A stretch of DNA of 60,957 nucleotides, filler included, from 5 parts of 5 records of this genome joined end to end with filler, not necessarily neighbours in it, one strand, 5' to 3'; shown: positions 20,142 through 30,263, numbered from the whole stretch's first letter. A program made the numbers and translations. Notes: generated by a model from the letters alone, not told the origin.

Positions 20142-20158
20142 TTTTCCACCGTAGAAAA
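20142..20158. repeat. parS-like palindrome copy 4
   Basis: TTTTCCACCGTAGAAAA, exact reverse complement of copy 3. Confidence 0.65.
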
Positions 20159-20168
20159 TCTTTCAAAA

Positions 20169-20720
20169 TTAATTATTATACTTCTCTGTTTTATAGCTAT
20201 GAAATAAAAATGAAAGAAAAATAGAGTGTATACCAGCTATTAAAATTATTAATGTTCCTGTAGCTTTAAGATTATCAAGTATTAATTTATCAGTATATAC
20301 ATCCTTTTTAAAGAATATTGGGAAATTTTCAACAAATATTTCTTGAGGAATAAAGTTGTTTCCTGTATTTAAATAAATTAAAGCAACTACCACAAGAGAT
20401 AATCCAAAAGCCATAAATATTTCGCTTAAAAACCAAAAAAAACCTGACTTACCATATTTCCTAAAATAAATAAAATATGCAATTATTGCAGATGCTACTG
20501 ATATACATACTAAGTATTGGTTATCAATTAAAAAGCTGTTAGAGGTTTTTAAATTCTTTGTAAGAAGTAAACTGAAACCTCCAAGTATTCCTGTCGTAGT
20601 ACTTATTAAAATTAATAAATCAGTGATGATTTCTTTCTTATTAATTTTATCTTTAATTTTTATATAACTGAATATTAATAATGCAATAGAAATTAGTACT
20701 ATTATATATAATATTTCCAT
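20169..20720 (-). CDS. Hypothetical membrane protein (~5 TM)
   Basis: Five hydrophobic segments; AAGGA RBS. Confidence 0.7.
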   Translation of the reverse strand: MEILYIIVLISIALLIFSYIKIKDKINKKEIITDLLILISTTTGILGGFSLLLTKNLKTSNSFLIDNQYLVCISVASAIIAYFIYFRKYGKSGFFWFLSEIFMAFGLSLVVVALIYLNTGNNFIPQEIFVENFPIFFKKDVYTDKLILDNLKATGTLIILIAGIHSIFLSFLFHSYKTEKYNN

Positions 20721-20765
20721 ATTCTTATTTTCCTTTTAATAATTAAAATAATAATGCAATCACTA

Positions 20766-20987
20766 TTATTTTTTCAAATATTTTTGCTTAATTTTTAACA
20801 AACTACAATTAATAACATGGTCTTTTAAGTTATCATTTTTGTAGTCAACATTTAGCTCATTTTTATACTTAAAACATTTCTCAAAATTTGCAGTATTATT
20901 GAAATAAATTCTATATAAATTTGTGGGTATTACAATTCCATTTTTTATTTGATTATTCGGTTCTAAATATTCAGCAATTGATATTGA
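20766..20987 (-). CDS. C-terminus of a DNA/RNA non-specific endonuclease (partial)
   Basis: Open to the contig end: ...GIVIPTNLYRIYFNN...EKCFKYKNE...LKDHVINC*. Not in the supplied ORF track. Confidence 0.55.
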   Translation of the reverse strand, partial: SISIAEYLEPNNQIKNGIVIPTNLYRIYFNNTANFEKCFKYKNELNVDYKNDNLKDHVINCSLLKIKQKYLKK

Positions 20988-21087
20988 NNNNNNNNNNNNN
21001 NNNNNNNNNNNNNNNNNNNNNNNNNNNNNNNTTAATTAATTAANNNNNNNNNNNNNNNNNNNNNNNNNNNNNNNNNNNNNNNNNNNN
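20988..21087. other. Artificial contig linker
   Basis: 44 N + TTAATTAATTAA + 44 N. Confidence 0.98.
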
Positions 21088-21117
21088 GCTGTTGATGGTG
21101 GATGGTTAGCTAGATAA
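21088..21117 (+). CDS. kduD: C-terminus of 2-dehydro-3-deoxy-D-gluconate 5-dehydrogenase (partial)
   Basis: AVDGGWLAR* is the characteristic KduD C-terminus; hexuronate context. Confidence 0.7.
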   Translation, partial: AVDGGWLAR

Positions 21118-21230
21118 GAGTTTTAAACATCTAAATTAATTTATTAAGTTTGTTATCACGCGCGTCATATTGGCAGTGTGTAATCCTAATATATATTTAT
21201 CGCCCTTGTTGGCTAATGTCAGCAAAGATT

Positions 21231-21264
21231 GAGCCCTTACCTAATGGGGCTCATTCTTTTTGTT
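21231..21264 (+). terminator. Intrinsic terminator
   Basis: GAGCCC...GGGCTC stem followed by ATTCTTTTTGTTT. Confidence 0.6.
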
Positions 21265-21300
21265 TAAAATAAATTATAAGAGAGAAAGAAAAGGGGAAAA

Positions 21301-22467
21301 ATGCAGAAAAGAAAAACATTCATGACTCTGGCTTTTTACTATTCATTTGTATTTATGGCAGGATCGATTATTAACTCATATATAAATATTTATTTTGCTT
21401 CTATAGATTTAAATTATACTCAAATAGGTCTGCTTAGTTCTATGGGAGCTTTGATTAGTATAATTTCACAACCGATTTGGGGAACTTTTAGTGATAACTC
21501 CAAGAATAAAAACAGTATTCTTAAACTCATGCTTCTAGGCTCAGTTTGCACAATAGCTTTGATTCCTTTAGCTGGAAAGAGTTTTATATTAATATTAGTC
21601 TCAGTGCTGTTATTTAATTTTTTTCATAAAGCTATGCCCCCGATTAATGATACTATTGCAATAGAACTATCTAAAAAACAGAATTTTAATTTCTCAAATA
21701 TTAGATTAACAGGTTCTCTTGGTTATGCGATAATGACTGCAATAGGCGGGAGATTGGTAGCTGTGAACACAATGTCTATTTTTTATATCTGTTTCACTTT
21801 TATGTTTTTGTCATTTATTATTTCACTAGCTATTCCTGAGGTAAAGGGACATAGGGACAGTAAATCTAAAAAAAGTTTTCTTGAGCTTTTTAAAGATAAA
21901 AAACTTATGGGAATATACTTTTATGTTTTCATATTATCATCTACAAATGCTTATTTTCAATCATTTCATGCTATTTACTCTAAGGAATTAGGAATAGGAC
22001 TAGGAATAGTGGGAATAGGAATTATGGTAGGTTCACTTAGTCAATTTCCTATTATGTTTATCTTTAATAAAGCATTTAAGAAGTTTGGTTTGGTCAATTT
22101 AATGACTTTAGCTGGTTTAGCTTATGCGTTTAGATGGATATTTTATGCTACTCTGTTGTCGGAGAAAAACATAATAGTTATTTGGCTGATTCATGGACTC
22201 AATTATATGTTACTTTATTTGTGCTTAGTTGATTATGTACAGACTTATGTTCCGAAGGAGCTTGCTACAAGAGGTCAGGTAATGAATCAGCTGACTTTAT
22301 TTGGTTATAGCTCTGTAGTTGGAAGTTTTATTGGTGGGTATATGACAAAATTAATCGGGTCTGATATGGTATTTATTATTAATGGAATAATCTGTTTAGT
22401 CACTGCTATAGTATTTAATATCTTAGCAAAAAAAATATTTACAGGAAAAATTAAAACTGTCTTGTAA
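21301..22467 (+). CDS. MFS transporter (oligosaccharide/nucleoside permease-like)
   Basis: About 12 TMs; PIWGTFSD, IRLTGSLGY and VPKELATRGQ. Confidence 0.88.
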   Translation: MQKRKTFMTLAFYYSFVFMAGSIINSYINIYFASIDLNYTQIGLLSSMGALISIISQPIWGTFSDNSKNKNSILKLMLLGSVCTIALIPLAGKSFILILVSVLLFNFFHKAMPPINDTIAIELSKKQNFNFSNIRLTGSLGYAIMTAIGGRLVAVNTMSIFYICFTFMFLSFIISLAIPEVKGHRDSKSKKSFLELFKDKKLMGIYFYVFILSSTNAYFQSFHAIYSKELGIGLGIVGIGIMVGSLSQFPIMFIFNKAFKKFGLVNLMTLAGLAYAFRWIFYATLLSEKNIIVIWLIHGLNYMLLYLCLVDYVQTYVPKELATRGQVMNQLTLFGYSSVVGSFIGGYMTKLIGSDMVFIINGIICLVTAIVFNILAKKIFTGKIKTVL

Positions 22468-22524
22468 AATTAATAGAGTATAATTATGTTGGATGTCGTG
22501 GAAAATAATGTAGAGGTGATTTAA

Positions 22525-23388
22525 ATGAAAAGATATCTATTGTTAATGTTGTTAGTGTTAAAATTCAGTATTAGTTTCAGTGAAATACTAACAATAACAT
22601 ACAGGCCACCAGCTTCTAAAAATGATATTAGATTTAAATATCCGTTGGAATTAGTAAAATTAGCGATGGAAAAAACAGCAACAGAATATGGGGGTTATGC
22701 CTTCGTTCAATCTAATAGAATGAATGTTAAAAGAGCTAGTCAAGCGCAGTATATTAAACAACTTGAAAATTTTATATTTGAAACAGCAGCTACTGTTAAA
22801 AATGACAAAGAATTACTTCCAATTAAAATCCCTCTTTATAAAGGTTTGTTTGGATTTAGATTATTTTTAATAGATAAAAACAGGCAAAAAGAGTTTAACA
22901 AAATCAAAACTATTAATCAATTAAAGAGTTTTAAAATAGGGCAAAATAAAGCTTGGACAGATGCAAAAATTCTTATAGAATATGGATTTACTGTTGTACA
23001 TGGTCCTAGCTATGAAGGTTTGTTTGGAATGTTATTATCAAATAGATTTGATATATTTTCCAGAGGAGTTCATGAAGCATTTCGAGAACAGGAGATGAGA
23101 AGTGAAGAGCTTGAGAATTTAGTTGTTGAAAAAAAATTGGCCATCTATTATCCTTTGCCACGATATTTTTATACTGCTAAAAAAAATAAAGAGTTTGCAG
23201 AAAGATTGGAAAAAGGATTAAAAATTATGATCGATGACGGAAGTTTTGATAAAATTTGGCTGGAATATTATGGGGATATTATTAAAAAATCAGATTTGAA
23301 AAATAGAAAAATATTTTATTTATCAAATCCATTTTTGCCTTCTGATGTCCCATTTGATCAAGAAGAGTATTGGTATGTTCCTGAGTAA
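22525..23388 (+). CDS. Periplasmic solute-binding protein (type 2), paralog 1
   Basis: Signal peptide; PIKIPLYKGLFGFR and FGMLLSNRFDIFSRG. Confidence 0.75.
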   Translation: MKRYLLLMLLVLKFSISFSEILTITYRPPASKNDIRFKYPLELVKLAMEKTATEYGGYAFVQSNRMNVKRASQAQYIKQLENFIFETAATVKNDKELLPIKIPLYKGLFGFRLFLIDKNRQKEFNKIKTINQLKSFKIGQNKAWTDAKILIEYGFTVVHGPSYEGLFGMLLSNRFDIFSRGVHEAFREQEMRSEELENLVVEKKLAIYYPLPRYFYTAKKNKEFAERLEKGLKIMIDDGSFDKIWLEYYGDIIKKSDLKNRKIFYLSNPFLPSDVPFDQEEYWYVPE

Positions 23389-23399
23389 GAATTATAAGC

Positions 23400-23440
23400 A
23401 AACAGACACTAGAAATAGCTATTATTTCTAGTGTCTGTTT
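23400..23440. terminator. Bidirectional terminator
   Basis: 18-bp perfect stem AAACAGACACTAGAAATA / TATTTCTAGTGTCTGTTT between convergent genes. Confidence 0.8.
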
Positions 23441-23530
23441 TAATTATAATTATATTATTTTAATAAAAGTATATTTTTTTCTCAATAAAGAGAAAATGTT
23501 TAAATGCTTTTTAGTCCATATCATGAGTAA

Positions 23531-24877
23531 TTAAATTTTACTTATCACTAGAGTTTTTTCTCTTTTATACATCATCATACTCAAAATAACAACTAATAAC
23601 TCTGTAATTCCAAAAGCCCACCAAACTCCAATTATTCCTAGGGTTTTGCTTAATATGAAAGCTAATGGCAATAATAATAAAATTTGTCTTGCTAAAGAAA
23701 TAAGTAAGCTGTATTGTGGTTTATGTATTGCCTGAAAAGTTGTAGTAAGTGGAATCGATATACACGTAAATATTATTGAGAAACCACAAATTCTAAAGCA
23801 AGTAACTCCTATTTCTATCATTTCAGAATTACTATTAAATAGTTTTAGCAATAATAGTGGGAAGGATTCAAAAAGTATTAAGCCTAAGCTTAGAATAAAT
23901 AGTGAGCCGATCATTCCATATTTAATTGCCTTTTTAACTCTATCGATGTTTTTTGCTCCATAGTTAAATCCAATAATCGGCATAATTCCTTGCCCAATAC
24001 CAAAGACAGGCATCATGACAAATTGTTGTACTTTAAAGTATGCTCCATATACAGCTATAGAAGTAGAGGAGATTGTAGTCAAGATTAAATTAATTCCTGT
24101 AACCATTACAGAAGAAAGCCCTGTCATAAGTATAGTAGGAATACCTACCTTTAATATTCCATTGGTTATATCTTTATCAAATACTAAATTTCTTAAAGAA
24201 AGTGTAATTCCATTTTCAGATTTAGAAACAATGTATAGTCCATAAAACATTGAAGCAATTTGACCTATTACTGTTGCAATAGCTGCCCCTTCAATATTTA
24301 ATGCCGGAATAAGTAATAATCCAAAGATTAAGATTGGATCAAGAACTACATTTGTTATCGCTCCCAAAAGCTGTATTTTCATAGAACTAATAGAATCTCC
24401 TGTTGCTCTTTGCACATTCATGCAAAGCTCTGCAATGATACTACCAAATGAAAATAACATTACAATTTTTAAATAAGAAACAGCATATTTGAAAACTAAC
24501 TCATCCTTAGTGAATAATCCTACAAATATTTCTGGCAAAAATAGTGAGCTCAACGCAATAATTGCCCATAAGATAATCCCTAATAGTAATCCACTCTCCA
24601 CTGTTTTAAATGCTACATTCTTGTTTCCTTCACCAAGTTTTGTAGACATATAGGCATTTACTCCAATACCAAGCCCAACAAAAGTTGATATTATTATCAT
24701 TTGGATTGGAAATGCAATTGATAATGCTGTAAGAGACTCTTGTGATATTTGTGCAATGAAAATACTGTCAACAACGTTATATAAGCCTTGTACAAGCATT
24801 GCCGTTATTGCAGGAATTGACATTAGCAGTACTAGTTTTTTCATTTCCATTGATTGTAATTTTTCTAAATTTTTCAT
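23531..24877 (-). CDS. MATE family efflux transporter
   Basis: LYNVVDSIFI, NVVLDPILIFG, GAAIATVIGQ and GFNYGAKN; 12 TMs. Confidence 0.93.
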   Translation of the reverse strand: MKNLEKLQSMEMKKLVLLMSIPAITAMLVQGLYNVVDSIFIAQISQESLTALSIAFPIQMIIISTFVGLGIGVNAYMSTKLGEGNKNVAFKTVESGLLLGIILWAIIALSSLFLPEIFVGLFTKDELVFKYAVSYLKIVMLFSFGSIIAELCMNVQRATGDSISSMKIQLLGAITNVVLDPILIFGLLLIPALNIEGAAIATVIGQIASMFYGLYIVSKSENGITLSLRNLVFDKDITNGILKVGIPTILMTGLSSVMVTGINLILTTISSTSIAVYGAYFKVQQFVMMPVFGIGQGIMPIIGFNYGAKNIDRVKKAIKYGMIGSLFILSLGLILFESFPLLLLKLFNSNSEMIEIGVTCFRICGFSIIFTCISIPLTTTFQAIHKPQYSLLISLARQILLLLPLAFILSKTLGIIGVWWAFGITELLVVILSMMMYKREKTLVISKI

Positions 24878-25077
24878 TTCTTTTATCTCCTAAATAAATT
24901 CTTTGTTAAATGTTTATCTGTTTAAAAATTATACTATTTTATGATTATTTAATGTTTTCTATCTTTAATTAAAATATCAATTTTTATAATAGTCTTAGAA
25001 CCTGTTGGCTAAAAAAATCATAACAAGGTTGATAAGATGATTACAGTTATCAACTAGTTTTCTCGGCATAGATGCTT

Positions 25078-25497
25078 TTAATAGTTACAGTTATCAACTA
25101 ATTCTGCTAGTATATATTCTAACTTATCTAAATTTTTTTCCTCCATATTAGTTAGCAAAAAATTTGACCAGTCATTTAATACATTTTTAATAACTGGAAT
25201 CATTTTTTTTCCTTCTTCTGTAAGAGTAATCAATCGTTCTCTTTTGTCTAACTTGTTTGGAATTCTTTCAACGTAATTTTTTTTTTCTAAAGCATTAATT
25301 ATTTTAGTCATTGCAGATTTCTTCATTGGAAAATTGCTATTGATATCTGACTGACTAGATAAGTCAAATTGACTAATATGAAGCAGTACAACACCTTTAG
25401 TCTTGTTAAGTTCGAACTCCTTTAATTTTCTATCAATATAAATAGTACTGGATGCATATAAAATAGATATATATTTATCAATATTTCTATAATTCAT
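25078..25497 (-). CDS. MarR family regulator
   Basis: KSAMTKIINALEKKNYVER...DKRERLITLTEEG wHTH; GAGGAG RBS. Confidence 0.9.
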   Translation of the reverse strand: MNYRNIDKYISILYASSTIYIDRKLKEFELNKTKGVVLLHISQFDLSSQSDINSNFPMKKSAMTKIINALEKKNYVERIPNKLDKRERLITLTEEGKKMIPVIKNVLNDWSNFLLTNMEEKNLDKLEYILAELVDNCNY

Positions 25498-25517
25498 CTA
25501 ATTCTCCTCTCTGTAAA

Positions 25518-25579
25518 AATATAGTTTCTTAAGACACTATAATAGTTTAACATGCAATAGTGTCTTAAGAAACTATATT
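25518..25579. promoter_or_regulatory. Double MarR-type operator
   Basis: Perfect 23-bp inverted repeat (25518-25540 / 25557-25579); each arm is itself quasi-palindromic (ATAGTTTCTTAAGACACTAT). Confidence 0.7.
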
Positions 25580-25671
25580 CGAATGTTTGCTATTTATTGC
25601 TAATAAAATTAGTATTTTCAACTCCTTAAAGAATATAGAATATTTAAAATCATAAAAAAATGAGTAAATTA

Positions 25672-25738
25672 GAAGTAACATAAGAAGAGAATCGACCGAA
25701 CTTATTTACTCGGAAGATTCTCTTTTTATGTTACTTTT
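25672..25738. terminator. Long hairpin downstream of the orphan dctP
   Basis: AAGTAACATAAGAAGAGAATC..CCGA / TCGG..GATTCTCTTTTTATGTTACTT. Confidence 0.55.
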
Positions 25739-25854
25739 ATTGATTTTTTAGTTTGCATTATAATGAAATAAAGAATTATGAAAAAGATATAATAAAACAA
25801 AAGTGTTATACGAGGACTTATTCATATTAGTACTTGTAAATGCTTTTATTTTAT

Positions 25855-26895
25855 CTATTTACCCGCATCTATAGCAGAATTAATTTGCTCCCAAGTGAAA
25901 TAGCCCTCGTCAACATACTCCTGCCAAACTTCTTTTACTTCTCTTACAAATTTACTTTTCTCTGGGGTATTTAGTATATTAATTACCATTTTCTCTTTAA
26001 GAAATTCTAAAAATTCATTTTCACTTTCAAGCCAGATTTCATCACTATACTCCATAGTTTCTATAGCAACTTTATCAAAAATTAGTTTTAAATCATCAGG
26101 TAAAGCACCATACCAATCAGGATTTACAACAAATGGATCTGGATGAATCTGCCAATTCAAGATAGTCAGATATTTTTGAACTTCATAAAATTTCATATCA
26201 ACTATATTTGAATATGGATTTTCCTGAGCAGCTACAACATCGGTTTTCAGTGCCATATGAGTTTCAGTGTATGCAATTTGATGCGGACTTGCATCAAGTG
26301 CTGTAAATGTTTTCAGGGTCATTTGGATAGGAGGTGTTCTAATGTTTAATCCTTTTAGATCATCAGGTTCTTTTATAGGTTTATCATTCGAAGTAATATT
26401 TCTAAACCCACCCGCTACACCGGTTGCTGGTATATAAAAGCCTTTTTTAAGAGCTCCGTAGTTGAGATCCTTACCAAAATCTGATCTCATGGCTTTCAAT
26501 ACACTCTCAGTACTATCCCATATAAATGGCAGGGTATAAATTAAAAAATCCTCGTAAAATCTCTCAATATACCCTCCTCTACATCCTTCCAGTTGACCAA
26601 TTCTTACTTGCTCCAACACTTTTGCTTCCTGCCCAAGACTTCCCTCAAAGTGAAGCTCTACTTTTATACGCCCTTTACTTCTCTCTTCCAGATTTTGTTT
26701 AAAATATTCCATAGATTTACTTCTGGGGTGAGATATAGATTGAGAATGAGAGTATTTAAAAACGTAAATTTTCTCTTTTATTATATCTGCTTTTTCTCTC
26801 TTGCTCAATAAATTACTTATGCTATCCGGTGTATCTTTAATTAATATAGGAAAAATAATAGCAAAAATGATTAATATAAATAATATTTTTTTCAT
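25855..26895 (-). CDS. dctP: TRAP solute-binding protein (orphan DctP)
   Basis: GSLGQEAKVLEQV, GFRNIT, DLKGLNIRT and AQENP; likely start is the ATG at 26895. Confidence 0.85.
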   Translation of the reverse strand: MKKILFILIIFAIIFPILIKDTPDSISNLLSKREKADIIKEKIYVFKYSHSQSISHPRSKSMEYFKQNLEERSKGRIKVELHFEGSLGQEAKVLEQVRIGQLEGCRGGYIERFYEDFLIYTLPFIWDSTESVLKAMRSDFGKDLNYGALKKGFYIPATGVAGGFRNITSNDKPIKEPDDLKGLNIRTPPIQMTLKTFTALDASPHQIAYTETHMALKTDVVAAQENPYSNIVDMKFYEVQKYLTILNWQIHPDPFVVNPDWYGALPDDLKLIFDKVAIETMEYSDEIWLESENEFLEFLKEKMVINILNTPEKSKFVREVKEVWQEYVDEGYFTWEQINSAIDAGK

Positions 26896-27020
26896 AAGAA
26901 CACCTTTCAATAAAAATAAAAATAGAACAGCAAAACTATCGCATTAAAAAGTACGATAGTTCTTACAAATATATTTTACTATATAAATTTCAATATTTAA
27001 AGTTTACTTATTAAAATCTC

Positions 27021-28328
27021 CTATTTTATTAAATTAAGAAGTTTTGGCAATGTAAGTGAAATTGCAGGAACATAAGTAACTAATAATAAAATTCCAAAAG
27101 TTATTAAAAAATATGGAAGTAGGTGTTTGAAAACTTGCTCAATGGTTACCCCACCAACTTTACATCCTGTAAATAGAATCGGGCCAACGGGAGGGGTTAT
27201 AGTTCCTATACATAGATTAAAAACTATCATTATACCGAAATGAACCGGATTCATGCCAAAACTCTCAGCAATAGGCAAGAAAATAGGTGTGAATATCAAA
27301 ATCGCAGGAGTAGGATCCATGAAAGTTCCTATTACAAGCATTAGTATATTCATAATAACTAAAATTACTATAAAGCTATCAGTCACCTGCAAAAGCGCCT
27401 GTGATATAATTTGAGGAATATTTGTAAATGCCATTACCCATGACATAATAGATGAAACACCTATCATAAATATAACTATTGCAGTCATTTGAGATGACTT
27501 TAATAATATAGCCGGTAAATCTTTTGTTTTAATAGTTTTATAACAAAATGATAAAAAGAGTGAGTAGACAACTGCTATTGCTGATCCTTCAGTTGCTGTG
27601 AAGACACCTTTTAATATTCCACCGATAACTATTACTATTAATAATAAACTAGGTATAGCGTCTAAAAAAGTTTTTAAACCCTGCTTAAGTGTAATTTTTT
27701 GCTTGGTAACATAACCTGCTTTTTTTGCATTTATGGCTGCCAGAGACATAACTCCTAGTCCCCATAATATTCCCGGAATATATCCTGCTATAAAAAGAGC
27801 CGAGATAGAGACACTTCCTGCAATTGTTGAATAAACAATAAGAGTGTTACTTGGAGGAATGAGCATACCTGTAGGAGCAGAAGCTATATTTACAGCCGTA
27901 CTAAACTCCTTACTGTAACCTTCTTTTTCTTGTAACGGAGCCATTGTTCCACCAACAGCAGCAGCAGCAGCAACTCCTGAACCACTAATAGCACCAAAAA
28001 ACATATTTGCCACAACATTTGATTGAGCTAATGCTCCAGGCATTCTACCGCTTAGAACTTTTGCACAATTAACTAATCGAATAGCTATACCACCACGATT
28101 CATTATATTTCCTGCTAATATGAAAAAAGGAATTGATATTAATGCAAAGGAATTTGTTCCTAAAAATATTCTCTGAGCACCTGTTATCATTGCACTTTTG
28201 AATGGTAAGATTAACATCATTGAAAATATTGATGACATCCCTATACTGATACTAATCGGTGTACCTATTACTAATAAAATCGGAACTGCGATTAACATTA
28301 TTAATCCCGCTTGAAATGCTAACTCCAT
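27021..28328 (-). CDS. dctM: TRAP large permease
   Basis: IPFFILAG, FFGAISGS, LIPPS, VFTATE and TPPVG. Confidence 0.93.
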   Translation of the reverse strand: MELAFQAGLIMLIAVPILLVIGTPISISIGMSSIFSMMLILPFKSAMITGAQRIFLGTNSFALISIPFFILAGNIMNRGGIAIRLVNCAKVLSGRMPGALAQSNVVANMFFGAISGSGVAAAAAVGGTMAPLQEKEGYSKEFSTAVNIASAPTGMLIPPSNTLIVYSTIAGSVSISALFIAGYIPGILWGLGVMSLAAINAKKAGYVTKQKITLKQGLKTFLDAIPSLLLIVIVIGGILKGVFTATEGSAIAVVYSLFLSFCYKTIKTKDLPAILLKSSQMTAIVIFMIGVSSIMSWVMAFTNIPQIISQALLQVTDSFIVILVIMNILMLVIGTFMDPTPAILIFTPIFLPIAESFGMNPVHFGIMIVFNLCIGTITPPVGPILFTGCKVGGVTIEQVFKHLLPYFLITFGILLLVTYVPAISLTLPKLLNLIK

Positions 28329-28849
28329 TGTTTAACTCCTTTCGATTGTTCACTAATTTCTGTTGTATTTAGCTTCTCGTTCTTATCCTCTTTTATAATT
28401 CTAATAAGGTTAGTTATAGAATAGAATAAAACTAAAACTCCACTAATGGGAATAGCAGAATAGATTACACCAATAGGAACCTGTAAAGAGGCATCCAGCT
28501 GCCCCATCTGTTTTACTGATGAAATATATCCTCCGAATATCATTACTCCTGTAGTGAAAAATGAAATAATAACTTCAATAAAAATATTAATAAATTTCTT
28601 TATTTTGTTAGGAAATTTCTGGTTTAAAAATGTGATAGACATGTGTTCTCTTTTGCCAAATACATATGCAGAACAATATAGTACTAACCACACAAATAGA
28701 TACTGAGCTGATTTTTCTGTAAAAGTACTAGGGTTATTTAAGGCGTATCTTGTGAATACCTGCCAACTAACCAGGATAGTCATTATTCCCATGATGACTA
28801 TACAAAAACTTTCTACTATTTTATTAATAATATTTCTTATTTTTTCCAT
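28319..28849 (-). CDS. dctQ: TRAP small permease
   Basis: QVFTRY...TE...YLFVW and REHMSI; 4 TMs. Confidence 0.9.
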   Translation of the reverse strand: MEKIRNIINKIVESFCIVIMGIMTILVSWQVFTRYALNNPSTFTEKSAQYLFVWLVLYCSAYVFGKREHMSITFLNQKFPNKIKKFINIFIEVIISFFTTGVMIFGGYISSVKQMGQLDASLQVPIGVIYSAIPISGVLVLFYSITNLIRIIKEDKNEKLNTTEISEQSKGVKQWS

Positions 28850-29014
28850 GGGTTGCTCCTTATATTAATTTATTAATAATTTTGGCTGATCAAAAAGTTC
28901 TCTTTATGTAGTAAGATAAACTTTTCGGTCAGCCGCTTTATTAGAACTTGAATTTCCAAAGAAGGTATGAGTAGAATAAATTCAAGCATCTAATGAACTA
29001 ACAAAATATCAAAT

Positions 29015-30037
29015 TTACTTTGCTAAATTTCTAATACCTTTAAAGATTTTTTTAGTTTGATCTGAAGAGTTAATTACTTTCTCCTGTAAAGTCTCAACAT
29101 TTGATTGGAATGGTTTGATATCAAGTACTGAGAATGAAGCACCATTTTCCATAGCGATTTTTTTAGATTTTTCAACATTTTCATTCCATTTTTTGAATTC
29201 ATCATTTACAGTTTCAATCATAACACTTTCAAAAATCTTTTTGTGCTCTGAGCTCATATCTGAGTAGATATCCTCATTAATGATTACTAAGTCTGGTACC
29301 ATTAAGTGCTGAGTATATGAGAAATAAGGTGCAATCTCATAGTGCTTTAAATCTGAATAAGTTACTTCGTTATTTTCTCCACCGTCAATTACACCTTGTT
29401 GAACAGCTGTATAAACTTCACTTTGAGACATAGGAGTACCTACACCACCCATCAAATCAATCATAGATTTCATAGTAGCTGATTCCATTACTCTGATTTT
29501 GTATCCTGCTAAATCTTCAGGTGTTTTGATAGCTTTATTAGTATAGATATTTCTAGAGCCTGCTGTAAAAGCTCCAACTACTCTAAATCCGTTTTGAGCT
29601 GTTGAGCTGAATAATTCGTTTAAAACTCCTGAAGTAAATACTTTCTTTTGATGATCCTGACTGTCATATACATATGGTAATCCAATGACAGCGAAATCTT
29701 TGTTAAAATTTTCAACAATTGGGTTTGCAACTACTGCCATTTGAATAGTTCCTGTTTGAACTAATTCAGCCGATGCTCTCTGATCTCCAAGTAATGCATT
29801 AGGTGAAATAGTAACTTTGTAAGCTCCGTTTGTTTGAGTTTCTAACTTTTCTGCAAACGCAGCTAAACTTTTGTACTGTGGATGCTTTTCTGATTGGTTA
29901 AATGCAATTTTAAGTGTTTGAGTTTTACTTTTATTCTCTTTTTTACCAAATAGTTTACTGAAAACACCTGCATTTGCAGTTGTTCCGATTACTAATAATA
30001 ACACCATAATTACAACATAACTCATTCTTTTTTTCAT
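29015..30037 (-). CDS. dctP: TRAP solute-binding protein
   Basis: LLGDQR, GSRNIY, KIRVMES and EVYTAVQQGVIDGGENN. Confidence 0.93.
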   Translation of the reverse strand: MKKRMSYVVIMVLLLVIGTTANAGVFSKLFGKKENKSKTQTLKIAFNQSEKHPQYKSLAAFAEKLETQTNGAYKVTISPNALLGDQRASAELVQTGTIQMAVVANPIVENFNKDFAVIGLPYVYDSQDHQKKVFTSGVLNELFSSTAQNGFRVVGAFTAGSRNIYTNKAIKTPEDLAGYKIRVMESATMKSMIDLMGGVGTPMSQSEVYTAVQQGVIDGGENNEVTYSDLKHYEIAPYFSYTQHLMVPDLVIINEDIYSDMSSEHKKIFESVMIETVNDEFKKWNENVEKSKKIAMENGASFSVLDIKPFQSNVETLQEKVINSSDQTKKIFKGIRNLAK

Positions 30038-30263
30038 TCAATTCACTCCTTCGATATAATTTTGTATAAAGCCTGAATATCAACTTTACACAGTTATTTT
30101 ACGAAAAATCAAAAATTAAAATAATTTAATTTCTTGCCAATCTACTTTAAAAAATTGTCATTTTGTATTTTTTTACAACTTTTTATGTTACTTTACTACA
30201 TTAAACTTGTATAAAAGGAATAAAAAAGAGAGCTTTAACCATTTCTAAAACTCTCGGATTAAT

